A DNA stretch of 64,000 nucleotides from Lachnospiraceae bacterium (GTDB lineage Bacteria; Bacillota; Clostridia; Lachnospirales; Lachnospiraceae): NCBI GenBank assembly GCA_045593825.1, contig JAZNXI010000177.1, positions 13,280 to 77,279 on the forward strand. The letters run 5' to 3'. Positions 35,382-45,128 of this stretch are shown here, piece by piece (the first letter of the stretch is position 1; each line of letters begins with the position of its first letter). The notes under the pieces were generated by a model. It had not been told where the DNA came from and made no database searches. It saw only the letters and a list, made by a program, of their open reading frames with translations. The translations under genes were made by a program, and so were the position numbers.

Positions 35382-37268
35382 TCAGCGGCCTCTTTTTGCA
35401 CTTCTTTCTTTCTTTTCTTCGTACATCAGGCAGTCTGACTTTTCTACCAGTTCTTCAAATTCCAGAACTTCGTTTTCACTTGTAATGTAAATTCCTGTAC
35501 TTGCTTCTATTACATATTCTTTTTCAGCGGTTGCATTTAAATTGGCAAAATAACGCTCGAATTTTGCTTTTGTTTCTGCCACGTCCAGTACACAAGGACA
35601 TACCGCCAGCATTTCGTCACCACCGAATCTTGTAAACAGGGAATTTTGCGGACAAACCTCGCGCAGGGCCTGTGCCACGGCATGAATGGCAAAATCACCT
35701 TCTTTATGGCCGTAATTATCATTGATATACTTTAAACGGTCCAAATCGGCAAGGACAATGGAAAGTCTGCAGCCCTCTTTTAAAGAATCAAGAAGACGCT
35801 TATATTCCCGCTCAAATCCGCGGCGATTGTACAAACCTGTCAGCGTATCAATACGGTACATCTCATCAATCTGGTTCATCAGATAATTTTTATGCCGAAG
35901 ATTCCGGTATCCGCCAAGGGCATTATTAATTGCATTGACATTCTGAGGAATCTTCATATAATTACTGCTGTTTAATTCACTGAAAAATACGCACATATAG
36001 CCGATTGGAACATCCACATGGTACAGCGAAGTAAAAATGATAACTCTGCCGTGCTCCACCAAATAATCCAGATGCGGCGTAAAGTCTTTAGGCGAAATCG
36101 TATACGGAACAAAATGCTCACCGGTAAAATCACTGTCAAATACAACTACCAGTTCTTTTTCCTTAACATTTTTTTGCTTCATCTGCTGGACTGGGTTGAT
36201 TTTTTCATTCAGATACTCTTTTTCCACCATGAAACAGGTATCGTAAATTACCGATGTCTTTATTTTTACAGCCAGCTGTTCCAAAGAGTCACAGCGTTGC
36301 ACCTGTGCAGTAATTAAAGAAAGATCCAGTTCTTCCTCCTGAAAGCGGTACAAACGGTTATATAATGTATTCAGATATTCTGATGCAGTTCTTGTTTTCT
36401 TTTCATTACAACCGCAGGATTCCGCAATACATAATCTTGGCTGAACCAAAAAGGTTGCGGACTGTCCCTGTAATTCGTCAATTCTTTGTATAATTTCCAA
36501 AGTCTTTTCTGCAATGTCATTGGAATCACAAATTACCGAGGTAATTCGCGGTGTGGATACCTGAATCTCCGGAATTCCGTCAAAACCGGTTACTGCCACA
36601 TCCTCCGGGACCCGGATTCCATGTTTATCCAGCACGTCGCAAACCGCCAACGCCATTCTGTCGTTGGCACAAAGAATTGCCTCCGGAATGTTTCCGGATG
36701 CCACAATTTTTTCTGCTTCGCGTTCTGCTACTGCAGAATAGAAATCTCCATAGCTTACCATAGATTCATCAAATGGAAGACCGTTTTCCTCTAACACTCG
36801 TCGGAAAGCATTGATACGATATTCGGAAAACTGATTTCCTTTAATACCGGCCATGCAATGAAGCTTTGTCAGATGATGGTCGTGAATCACATGACGGACA
36901 ATTTCGACAAAAGCATTTTCATGGTCAAATTTAATATTTATGCAGCCTTCATGCGGTTCTCCGATAACAATTGCAGGTGTATCATTTGCTTTTGCCTTTG
37001 CAATCAAGGCATCCGTTACCGCCTGGTTGCGTAATACTTCCTCATAAACAATCACAACGTCTATGACATCAAAATCCATATATTCATAGATTGCTGTCTG
37101 GGTACTGCCTTCATAAGAATCTACGCTGACCGCAGAACAGGTATTATATACAAAAATACTATAACCAGCCGGCACAGCTACCCGATTTAAAGCAGTAATA
37201 AATTCATTGCTGGCATCATCTTGAATTCTTGCAAGACACAGCGCTATAATCTTTTTGTTATAAAGCAT
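35382..37268 (-). CDS. Paralogue of the preceding gene: LacI-type ligand-binding domain + GGDEF (GGDEM) diguanylate cyclase
   Basis: It has the same 628-codon length and the same architecture: KIIALCLARIQD..., LCANDRMALAV, VTGFDG, ESCGC, DTLTGLYNRRGF, RFGGDEML. Confidence 0.85.
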   Translation of the reverse strand: MLYNKKIIALCLARIQDDASNEFITALNRVAVPAGYSIFVYNTCSAVSVDSYEGSTQTAIYEYMDFDVIDVVIVYEEVLRNQAVTDALIAKAKANDTPAIVIGEPHEGCINIKFDHENAFVEIVRHVIHDHHLTKLHCMAGIKGNQFSEYRINAFRRVLEENGLPFDESMVSYGDFYSAVAEREAEKIVASGNIPEAILCANDRMALAVCDVLDKHGIRVPEDVAVTGFDGIPEIQVSTPRITSVICDSNDIAEKTLEIIQRIDELQGQSATFLVQPRLCIAESCGCNEKKTRTASEYLNTLYNRLYRFQEEELDLSLITAQVQRCDSLEQLAVKIKTSVIYDTCFMVEKEYLNEKINPVQQMKQKNVKEKELVVVFDSDFTGEHFVPYTISPKDFTPHLDYLVEHGRVIIFTSLYHVDVPIGYMCVFFSELNSSNYMKIPQNVNAINNALGGYRNLRHKNYLMNQIDEMYRIDTLTGLYNRRGFEREYKRLLDSLKEGCRLSIVLADLDRLKYINDNYGHKEGDFAIHAVAQALREVCPQNSLFTRFGGDEMLAVCPCVLDVAETKAKFERYFANLNATAEKEYVIEASTGIYITSENEVLEFEELVEKSDCLMYEEKKERSAKRGR

Positions 37269-37308
37269 GTTTCTTCACCCCGGATTTGACAAATCTAAAC
37301 ATTTATCT

Positions 37309-38433
37309 CTACTTCAAATTCTGCATAAGTTCTGCCACCTGTGCCAGATGCTCACGGATTGGCAGTTTTTGAGGACAGGCATCCTCACAGGCGCCACAGG
37401 ACATACATTTATCTGCACGTTCTTCGTCTTTCATATTATTATAATTCCATTTTGCAGAACCTGCATTGTTGTACATTCCGTAATTATTCCAGATTCGAAA
37501 GTTTCTTGGAATGTTTACACCAAACGGACAAGGCATGCAATAGCGGCAGGCGGTACATCCATTCTTAATTCTGGATTTAACTTCTTTAACAACATTTTCT
37601 ACTGTTTCCAATTCTTTTTCTGATAAGGATTCAAAATTTCCGAAGGTTTCTAAGTTATCCTTCAACTGTTCTTCTGTGGACATGCCACTGAGAACAACCT
37701 TTATCTGAGGTTTGCTTGCCACCCAGCGCAATGCCCAGGAAGCAACACTTTTTTCAGGGCGTACGGCCTTGAAAAGTTCTTCTACTTCAGGAGCATAGGA
37801 GGCTAACGCACCACCCTTGATAGGTTCCATAATAATAATTGGCACATTCAGTTTTTCGCAAAGGGCATATCCCTTGTCGCCTGCCTGCTCGTTAGTATCC
37901 ATGTAATTGTACTGAATCTGGCAGAAGTCCCAGTCGCGGTAGGTAAGAATTTCTTCAAACGCCTCGTAGCCGTCATGGAAAGAGAACCCAAGATACTTAA
38001 TCTTACCCTGATTCTTTAATTCCACCATATCGTCAATAACACCAAGGTCCTTCATTTGGTTGAAGCTTCCTCTGTTTAATGCATGTAACAGGTAAAAGTC
38101 AATATAATCTGTCTGCAGGTGTTCCAACTGCTGATTGAAAATGCGGGTAGCATCTTCACGTACCTTTACATCCCAGCATGGAAGCTTTGTTGCAAAATAA
38201 AAGCTTTCACGGGGATATTTCTTCATTGCTTTACCAACAAACGGTTCACTTTCACCATTATGATACGGCCAAGCGGTATCATAATAATTGATACCTGCAG
38301 CATATGCTTCATCTAACATCTGCTCCGCCCTTACTTCGTCGATTTTTCCTTCTGCAGTTGTCGGAAAGCGCATGCATCCGAATCCCAGCAATGAGGTTTT
38401 AATTCCTAACTTATCTAATGTTCTGAACTCCAT
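37309..38433 (-). CDS. Aldo/keto reductase with C-terminal 4Fe-4S ferredoxin-type domain
   Basis: The AKR core has GFGCMRFP, YYDTAWPYHNGESE and YLLHAL. The C-terminus has CTACRYCMPCP and CMSCGACEDACP. An AGAAGGAGAG RBS precedes the start. Confidence 0.88.
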   Translation of the reverse strand: MEFRTLDKLGIKTSLLGFGCMRFPTTAEGKIDEVRAEQMLDEAYAAGINYYDTAWPYHNGESEPFVGKAMKKYPRESFYFATKLPCWDVKVREDATRIFNQQLEHLQTDYIDFYLLHALNRGSFNQMKDLGVIDDMVELKNQGKIKYLGFSFHDGYEAFEEILTYRDWDFCQIQYNYMDTNEQAGDKGYALCEKLNVPIIIMEPIKGGALASYAPEVEELFKAVRPEKSVASWALRWVASKPQIKVVLSGMSTEEQLKDNLETFGNFESLSEKELETVENVVKEVKSRIKNGCTACRYCMPCPFGVNIPRNFRIWNNYGMYNNAGSAKWNYNNMKDEERADKCMSCGACEDACPQKLPIREHLAQVAELMQNLK

Positions 38434-38501
38434 AAATAACTCTCCTTCTATTGTCCTTTGTTCTCCAACACATTTATTCCTTACAGTATATCACATTTTT
38501 C

Positions 38502-40988
38502 TTATTCCGTCAAAGAAATTGCAATTTTCACCGCTTCCTGTGCATCCTTAGCATAACCGTCAGCTCCGATTTCTTTTGCATACTCCTCTGTGGTTACCGC
38601 TCCACCAATAATTATCTTGGCGGAAAGACCTGCCGCATTCTTTAATTCCACCACTTCCTTCATACGAGTCATGGTAGTAGTCATGAGCGCAGACAGGGCA
38701 ATCAGACCGGCACCTGTTTCCTTTGCCTTATCAATAATGGCTTCGGATTCCACATCTTTACCCATATCGATTACTTCAAAACCATAGTTTTTAAGCATCA
38801 AGGCAACCAGGTTTTTACCGATGTCGTGGATATCTCCCTTTACTGTAGCCAGAATTACTTTACCGCGCTTTCCACCGTCACCGGCAGCAAGCAGCGGCTC
38901 CAGTTCCTTCATTGCCATCTCCATAGTCTCCGCAGAAGCAATCAGCTGTGGAAGAAAATACTTCTTCTGTTCAAACAGCTCACCCACCTTATTGATTGCA
39001 GGAATTAAATCTTCATTTAATATTCTATTTGCTCGTTCTGTTCTTTCTGCGCCATAAGCAGAATCTGCCAATGTATTTTCTGTCAATCCCAGAACATTTC
39101 TTTTGTTACCTTTCAGCACAGCCCGAAACAGCGCAGTTCCTTGCGCCTCATCTTTTGCCGTCTTAGTTGCAGGCACTTCGCCCGGCACTGTCGCGCTCTG
39201 ATTTGTACTTCCTGACGGAGCTGCCATATCTTCGGAAGCTTCAATAAAAGCAAGATCTGCCCCTTCTTTACCCATCAGCAAATCAGATGCCAGCATAAAC
39301 TGCATAGTCATCTTCTGACAAGGATTTGCAATCGCCATAGTAAGACCGTTGCCGATTGCCATAGTTAGAAATGCCGTATTTACATAACTTCTTGCCGGTA
39401 ATCCAAAGGAAATGTTGGAAAGTCCGATGCTGGTAGCCAGACCTAAATCTTCTTTACAATAACGGATGGTTGCCAGTGTTTCCAGTGCTGCGTTTTTGCC
39501 GGCACCAATGGTATTTACCAAGCCGTCTACAATAATATCCTCTTTCTGCAGACCTTCTTTTAAAGCCTCTGTCATAACCATGTGGATAAATCTGCGTTTT
39601 TCAAACTGATCCTTTGGCAGACCGTTTTCCGAAAGCGGAAGCAAAATAAACATCGCTCCGTATTTCTTTACAATCGGAAGCAGCTTCTCCATTTTCTCTT
39701 TCTCACAGGAAACAGAATTTACCAGAGCACGTCCCGGATAAATCCTCAGTGCCTCTTCGATTACATCCACATGACTGGAATCAATCGCCAGCGGCAAGGA
39801 GGAATTCTGGGTTACCTCATAGATAATCTGAAGCAAGCGTTCCTTTTCATCAATCCCCGGCATTCCGGCATTAACATCCAGGATATATGCTCCTGCTTCT
39901 TCCTGTTCTCTCGCATACTGAAGTACTAAGTCCATTTTACCTTCCCGAAGTTCAGCCTGCAGCGCCTTCTTTCCTGTAGGATTGATTCTCTCACCGATAA
40001 TGCGGAACTGCCCATCAAGTTCAATCGGGAATATTTCCCGTTCGGTTGCCAAAATTGCTTTATGTGGCTGTGCACCGCATGGCTTTTTTCTCTTAATCAT
40101 ATCTGCCACTGCAGCAATATGTGCCGGCTCAGAACCACAGCAGCCTCCAACAATACCTGCACCGGCATCCACTAATGCCTCCATATGCTTTGCATACTCT
40201 GCAGGGGTCATTTTATATACGGTTTTTCCGTCGGAAAGCTCCGGCATTCCCGCATTTGGTTTTGCTATTACCGGAATCTCGGCAACCGCTGCCATACGCT
40301 TAATAATCGGCACCATGGTTTCCGGTCCTGCAGAACAATTTACACCTACAGCATCTGCTCCAAGGGCCTGCAGTACAACCATAGCCGCTTCCGGAGTAGT
40401 GCCGTACATTGTCTTATTATCTCCGGCAAAAGTTAATGTTACCATTACCGGCAAATCACAGGTTTCTTTCACTGCAAGTACCGCCGCACGACACTCCTGC
40501 AGACTCATCATGGTTTCTACTACAAATAAATCCACACCTGCATCAACCAGTACACCAACCTGCTCCTTATAAATATCTACCAGTTCCTCAAACTGAAGTT
40601 TACCTATCGGATATAACAGCTCACCTGTCATAGTAAGGTCGCCGGCAATAAAATGTCTGCCCACATTGCAGCGCTTCTTTTCTTCATACTCTGCCACCGT
40701 TTCTTTAGACAACTGCACCAATTCGCGGTTCATCTGCACAAGTTTATCCTGTAATCCGTATTCCGCTAATTTAATACGGTTGGCGCTGAAGGTCGGTGCA
40801 TATAAAATATCTGTGCCCGCATCCAAAAACGCCATTTGAAGCTTCTTTGCCTCATCCTTATTTTCCAAAATCCACTGTTCCGGACAAACTCCTGTCGGCA
40901 TTCCCGCCTTTTGCAAATTGGTACCGGTGGCACCGTCCAATAAAAGAATTCTTTTTTCACACAAATTTCTAAACTCACGCTTTGTCAT
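38502..40988 (-). CDS. metH: Cobalamin-dependent methionine synthase, short form without the AdoMet reactivation domain
   Basis: It has a Hcy S-methyltransferase domain (LLDGATGTNL...GGCCGSEP), a pterin-binding domain, a B12 cap and a B12-binding DxHxxG (GDIHDIGKN). The protein ends after the Rossmann domain. ATG 40988 follows AAGGGTG; GTG 40997 is an alternative start. Confidence 0.9.
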   Translation of the reverse strand: MTKREFRNLCEKRILLLDGATGTNLQKAGMPTGVCPEQWILENKDEAKKLQMAFLDAGTDILYAPTFSANRIKLAEYGLQDKLVQMNRELVQLSKETVAEYEEKKRCNVGRHFIAGDLTMTGELLYPIGKLQFEELVDIYKEQVGVLVDAGVDLFVVETMMSLQECRAAVLAVKETCDLPVMVTLTFAGDNKTMYGTTPEAAMVVLQALGADAVGVNCSAGPETMVPIIKRMAAVAEIPVIAKPNAGMPELSDGKTVYKMTPAEYAKHMEALVDAGAGIVGGCCGSEPAHIAAVADMIKRKKPCGAQPHKAILATEREIFPIELDGQFRIIGERINPTGKKALQAELREGKMDLVLQYAREQEEAGAYILDVNAGMPGIDEKERLLQIIYEVTQNSSLPLAIDSSHVDVIEEALRIYPGRALVNSVSCEKEKMEKLLPIVKKYGAMFILLPLSENGLPKDQFEKRRFIHMVMTEALKEGLQKEDIIVDGLVNTIGAGKNAALETLATIRYCKEDLGLATSIGLSNISFGLPARSYVNTAFLTMAIGNGLTMAIANPCQKMTMQFMLASDLLMGKEGADLAFIEASEDMAAPSGSTNQSATVPGEVPATKTAKDEAQGTALFRAVLKGNKRNVLGLTENTLADSAYGAERTERANRILNEDLIPAINKVGELFEQKKYFLPQLIASAETMEMAMKELEPLLAAGDGGKRGKVILATVKGDIHDIGKNLVALMLKNYGFEVIDMGKDVESEAIIDKAKETGAGLIALSALMTTTMTRMKEVVELKNAAGLSAKIIIGGAVTTEEYAKEIGADGYAKDAQEAVKIAISLTE

Positions 40989-41030
40989 TCTCTTCACCCT
41001 TATTCTTTCACTAAATCGGCATAAAACCGT

Positions 41031-42875
41031 TTATTCACATAAAATCCGTTCCATCAGGCTGACCCGGTTAAACGGAAGCATAAAATAATAGCCATCCACA
41101 AAAGGATCCAGCTTTTTCATCAAACCCTTTGCGATTTCAGCACCGGCAATCTCGCCCTCTTCTCTGGTCATGTCGGCCCGGTACATGGCAAGCACCTCAT
41201 CCGGCACATTCATCCCCGCCATTTCATTCCGGATAAAGCTGGCATTTTTTAAACTTACCGGCGGAAGAATTCCCGCAAGAATCTTTGCTCCCGTACGCTC
41301 TTTCAGCCATTTAATCCGCTCTATATCCTCATCAGAAAATACCGGCTGGGACAGGAAAAACGAGCACCCTGCTGCCATCTTCTTTTCCATACGTTCCGCC
41401 ACCTTTTCCCCGTTCGGAAAGTTATAGTTTAACGCCCCGCCAAAGAAGAAGCCATCCTCCGGAAACAATTCTTTATTCATTTCCGTCACATAGTTCATAA
41501 ACCGGATGGAGTTATAATCAAACACACCGGTGACTGTCTTTCTGTCATCTCCCGGCACCGGGTCTCCGGTAACAATCAAAAGATTTCTCAGCCCATTCAT
41601 ATGTGCTCCCAGCAAAAGAGAGCGCATGGCAATCACATTACGGTCACGGCAACACACGTGAGGAATTACCTGCATTCCGGTCTGACCGCTGATATGAAGC
41701 GCTGTCAGCGTAGAATCCGCCCGGCTCCGCCCCATTGGAGAATCCGCAAAGGTGAGCACATCCACCGGATACTTAGAAAGTGTTTTTGCACAAGCAAGAA
41801 GCTTCTCGCCGTCCGCATTGTACGGAGGGTCCAGCTCCACTGCAATGACTTTTTCGCCACGGAGAAGCTTGTCTTTTAACTTATTCTGCATTTCTGCCGG
41901 CAAACCGTTTTCACTGCCTTGTGTTTCTCTAATACCTACCGGCTTTTTCGCCTCTTCCAACAGTTTTTCATATTCTTCCTTTGAAATCCGCTCCACAGTC
42001 TTCTTTCCGGGAATCTTCTTTCGCATCTCCCGGATAAAGGACGGCATGGTGCCACAGCAGCCACCGACAATATCTGCGCCAAGCCCTGCTATTTCCACCA
42101 TGTTATCGCCGAAATATCCGGCACTGTTTAAAAATACCGCACGGCTGGAGAAGGTTTCCGCATAACCTGCATTTGGTGCCGCCAGCAAAAAAACATCCTT
42201 TGGCAGTTTACACTTTTCAAGTACGGATTTCATATGTACGGAACCGATACCGCAGTTAAAACCGATGGCATCCGCCGGCTGTAAACCCTCCGAAAATAAA
42301 AGACGCTCTGCCTTTTGACCGGCGGTGGTAAATCCGTTTTTATTAATACAAAAGCTGACAGAGCAAAAACTATCCTCTGCCTTTTCTTTTATGTACGCAA
42401 GAATTTCCGGCACAAACTCCATGGAAGAAAAGGTTTCCAGCCAGAAAATATCCATGCCTTCGTCCAGGAAAACATCACAAATCCGGTAATATTCCGAAAG
42501 AATTTCTTCCGCTGTCCGTTCTCCTCCACCGGCGATTGGCCCGATGTCCGCTGCTGCAAAGCAATCTCTGCCGGTACGTTCTTTCTCCTCTGCCACTGCC
42601 TGCTTTGCAATACGGCATGCCTGACGGAGCAAATTTTCTCTTTCTGTGTTACCCATCTGCGGCAGAACAGCAGAATTCACCGCAAAGGTATTGGTGCGGA
42701 TAATGTCCGCGCCTGCTGCCAGATACTCTTTGTGGATGTTCAGAATCACTTCCGGTTGCGAAATTGTGGCCAGTTCCGCAATATCCTCTTTATGCTCCTG
42801 TAGCTGCTGGTAATAGGTACCCATGGCACCATCCATCAGCAGGATATTATCATTTAAGAAATCTTTTAGTTTCAC
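41031..42875 (-). CDS. Bifunctional homocysteine S-methyltransferase / 5,10-methylenetetrahydrofolate reductase (YitJ-like)
   Basis: The N-terminal Hcy-MT domain has LMDGAMGTYY...GGCCGTMP. The C-terminus is an MTHFR domain (VELDPP..., IPHVCCRD, LLIVTGDP). It has a GTG start after GAGAGGAAG. Confidence 0.88.
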   Translation of the reverse strand: MKLKDFLNDNILLMDGAMGTYYQQLQEHKEDIAELATISQPEVILNIHKEYLAAGADIIRTNTFAVNSAVLPQMGNTERENLLRQACRIAKQAVAEEKERTGRDCFAAADIGPIAGGGERTAEEILSEYYRICDVFLDEGMDIFWLETFSSMEFVPEILAYIKEKAEDSFCSVSFCINKNGFTTAGQKAERLLFSEGLQPADAIGFNCGIGSVHMKSVLEKCKLPKDVFLLAAPNAGYAETFSSRAVFLNSAGYFGDNMVEIAGLGADIVGGCCGTMPSFIREMRKKIPGKKTVERISKEEYEKLLEEAKKPVGIRETQGSENGLPAEMQNKLKDKLLRGEKVIAVELDPPYNADGEKLLACAKTLSKYPVDVLTFADSPMGRSRADSTLTALHISGQTGMQVIPHVCCRDRNVIAMRSLLLGAHMNGLRNLLIVTGDPVPGDDRKTVTGVFDYNSIRFMNYVTEMNKELFPEDGFFFGGALNYNFPNGEKVAERMEKKMAAGCSFFLSQPVFSDEDIERIKWLKERTGAKILAGILPPVSLKNASFIRNEMAGMNVPDEVLAMYRADMTREEGEIAGAEIAKGLMKKLDPFVDGYYFMLPFNRVSLMERILCE

Positions 42876-42943
42876 TTGGGCTTCCTCTCAAACGGATAGT
42901 TTTGTTGATATCAATCTTTTTGTCGCCACTTCTTTATCGCTTT

Positions 42944-42972
42944 ATTGTAGCAGATTAACAAAGCTATGACAA
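42944..42972 (-). promoter_or_regulatory. Sigma-A promoter of the methionine operon
   Basis: The minus strand reads TTGTCA, a 17-nt spacer, then TACAAT. Confidence 0.55.
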
Positions 42973-42992
42973 GAAGAAAATATTGACCGATT

Positions 42993-43397
42993 TTAACGGA
43001 TATAAGAAACAGCTCCCATCTCTTCCACCAGACGCATACCTATCTTACGGTAAAAGCTGTTGGCCTTTACATCTGCCTTGTCCGTATACAATGACAGCAT
43101 CCGCACATCTGCGTATTTCTCAAATACATGCTGAAGTAATTTTGTGCCTAGTCCCTGCCGCTGATACTCCGTCTTAATCACCAAATCCTCAACGACTACA
43201 ATATGCTCTCCGTCACCAACACAACGCACAAAACCAATCAACTTCTCCTCATCAAAAATTCCGTACACATAAAGAGAGTTATCGTAGGCCCGTTTTAATT
43301 TCTCATCATCATTCAAATAAGCAGTCCATCCCTGCTCCTTATAAATTTCCTTAATTTCTTCTAACCGGCTGCTGCCAAATTCTTTATATTCTAACAT
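42993..43397 (-). CDS. GNAT family N-acetyltransferase
   Basis: Motif A is VIKTEYQRQGLGTKLLQHVF. Its start overlaps the upstream stop (TAATG). Confidence 0.85.
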   Translation of the reverse strand: MLEYKEFGSSRLEEIKEIYKEQGWTAYLNDDEKLKRAYDNSLYVYGIFDEEKLIGFVRCVGDGEHIVVVEDLVIKTEYQRQGLGTKLLQHVFEKYADVRMLSLYTDKADVKANSFYRKIGMRLVEEMGAVSYIR

Positions 43398-44149
43398 TAT
43401 TCCTCCATCGTTGCCCGTCCGGCTTTCTTAACTGCTACTGTTTTGAATCCTGCCTCCAGATAAATTCTCTGTGCTTCCTCCCCCGCCGGCCAAAGGTAAC
43501 AGTTTTCAATTCCCTGCTCCTTGCAGTACTCCACTAGAGCATTCATCAATGCTCTTGCCACACCGATACGGCGGTATTCCTTAGACACCAATATATAATC
43601 ATAACGGCACACACTGTCACGCACGTGGACATAGGTCATGCCTACCGGCTGACCCTTATAATATGCCACAAAGAACATGGTATTGGGATTTTGTATCATC
43701 TTCTTTGCCACACCGATTTCCCACGGTTCCCCGGCTTTTTCAAAGATTTCTAAGGCAAAGGTATCTTCCCACTTTGTAACCCGTTTTACCGAAATCTCCG
43801 GATTAGTCACCAGATGATTTTCCTCCACCGGCACCATGAACCGTATCTCCTCTTCCCAGGTTTTGAATTCGTGTTTTTCAAAAATATCTTTATGCCCTGA
43901 AAAATATCCTTCATCATCAGTTGCCTGATAAATAATCGGATTTTGCCCCTTACTCCGGTAAAATGCCTCAACGTCTGCGAGCACCGCATCCAAATCGGTT
44001 ATCTTATCTTTAAAAATCACGGCGTGATTACTGTCGTAGGAATCCTTGTTGGATTCATCGTAAAACAGCATGCCGTAGTCTCTTTCTTCATAACGTGTAA
44101 ACTCCCGGGGAAACAAATCTTCCTCCCGGAAAATTTTATCTATGTTCAT
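43397..44149 (-). CDS. GNAT family N-acetyltransferase (about 250 aa)
   Basis: Motif A is LVSKEYRRIGVARALMNALVEYC. ATG 44149 (MNIDKIF) follows AGGAGATGG and overlaps the upstream gene by 14 nt. Confidence 0.75.
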   Translation of the reverse strand: MNIDKIFREEDLFPREFTRYEERDYGMLFYDESNKDSYDSNHAVIFKDKITDLDAVLADVEAFYRSKGQNPIIYQATDDEGYFSGHKDIFEKHEFKTWEEEIRFMVPVEENHLVTNPEISVKRVTKWEDTFALEIFEKAGEPWEIGVAKKMIQNPNTMFFVAYYKGQPVGMTYVHVRDSVCRYDYILVSKEYRRIGVARALMNALVEYCKEQGIENCYLWPAGEEAQRIYLEAGFKTVAVKKAGRATMEE

Positions 44150-45128
44150 ATAGCCATCTCCTAAGTTCTGCCATCTGCGCCCGCTGATTCTTAATCTCCG
44201 CGATAGTGCCTTCCACCTGTTTTTTGCCTTCTTCCCTGTCTGCCTCGTCATTTTCAAGCATTCCTGCCGCACGGCGCATATTGTATTCCAGCCAGCCGAG
44301 AATTCCGTCGAAGCTTCGTAACAGCACCGTATCCCAGTCTACAAATCTGATTTCTTTATAAGCTCTATATACGTCCATCAGCGCTTCCAATTTTTCAAAA
44401 TTATATCTGCCGTCAACTTCCGTAATCCAGTAATTGAATACTTCTATCAGCTCCTGGAACGGGTTCACACAGCCCGCTGCCTCCCAGTCAATGATGTAAG
44501 GCTGATTTCCCTGCCACATTACATTTTTCGGATCCAAATCCCGGTGACTGATTACCTTGTGGGAGGAAGAGATTTTTAGTGCATGAACAACCTCCGCATC
44601 CAGTGCCAAAAGCTCCGGTAAAAAGGCCTTTAAAGCAGAAAATTCTCCTTGTTCCCCACACGTCATTGCCTTGCAAAGATACTCCCACTCAAAAACATCA
44701 CGCACTTCCGTCTCAGGCTCCATTCCTTCAACTTCCACATCAGCGGCATGGATTTTTCCAAGCAATTCTCCGATTTTTGCACAATGCTCCACCGTAATTT
44801 CCGGTGCAAATACCGATGCCCCTTCCAGCCAGTCAAACACCATAAACCAACTGCCGTCATGTTCTACTACATGTGCTCCGTCAAATTTCTTTGCCGCCAC
44901 CAACGGAACAACCTTTTCCAACGCATGGGACACCTTTTCCGAATTTATCATGTTCTGTAATGCTTCCGTGCGCTGCATGATTTCCGGATTCAGCACCTTA
45001 ATGGCGTAGATGCCACAGGTTGTTTCCACCCGGTACATTTTGTGAAGTAATCCACCGGAAACAGGGCGCAGTGCAATCACTCCGCCCAATCCGTAATTTT
45101 CACAAAAGTTTTTCATTAAAACATCCAT
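44136..45128 (-). CDS. Aminoglycoside phosphotransferase (APH) family kinase
   Basis: Contains HRDLDPKNVMW (HxDxxxxN) and IIDWEAAG. It abuts the upstream gene (45128/45129). Confidence 0.8.
   Translation of the reverse strand: MDVLMKNFCENYGLGGVIALRPVSGGLLHKMYRVETTCGIYAIKVLNPEIMQRTEALQNMINSEKVSHALEKVVPLVAAKKFDGAHVVEHDGSWFMVFDWLEGASVFAPEITVEHCAKIGELLGKIHAADVEVEGMEPETEVRDVFEWEYLCKAMTCGEQGEFSALKAFLPELLALDAEVVHALKISSSHKVISHRDLDPKNVMWQGNQPYIIDWEAAGCVNPFQELIEVFNYWITEVDGRYNFEKLEALMDVYRAYKEIRFVDWDTVLLRSFDGILGWLEYNMRRAAGMLENDEADREEGKKQVEGTIAEIKNQRAQMAELRRWLYEHR

Noticed and set aside
42876-42992. I looked for a SAM (S-box) riboswitch or a Met T-box upstream of the yitJ-like/metH operon.
   Set aside because: The leader downstream of the predicted -10 is only about 65 nt. 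It lacks the conserved S-box helices and the T-box core (GGTGGTACCGCG-like). No terminator or antiterminator is visible.
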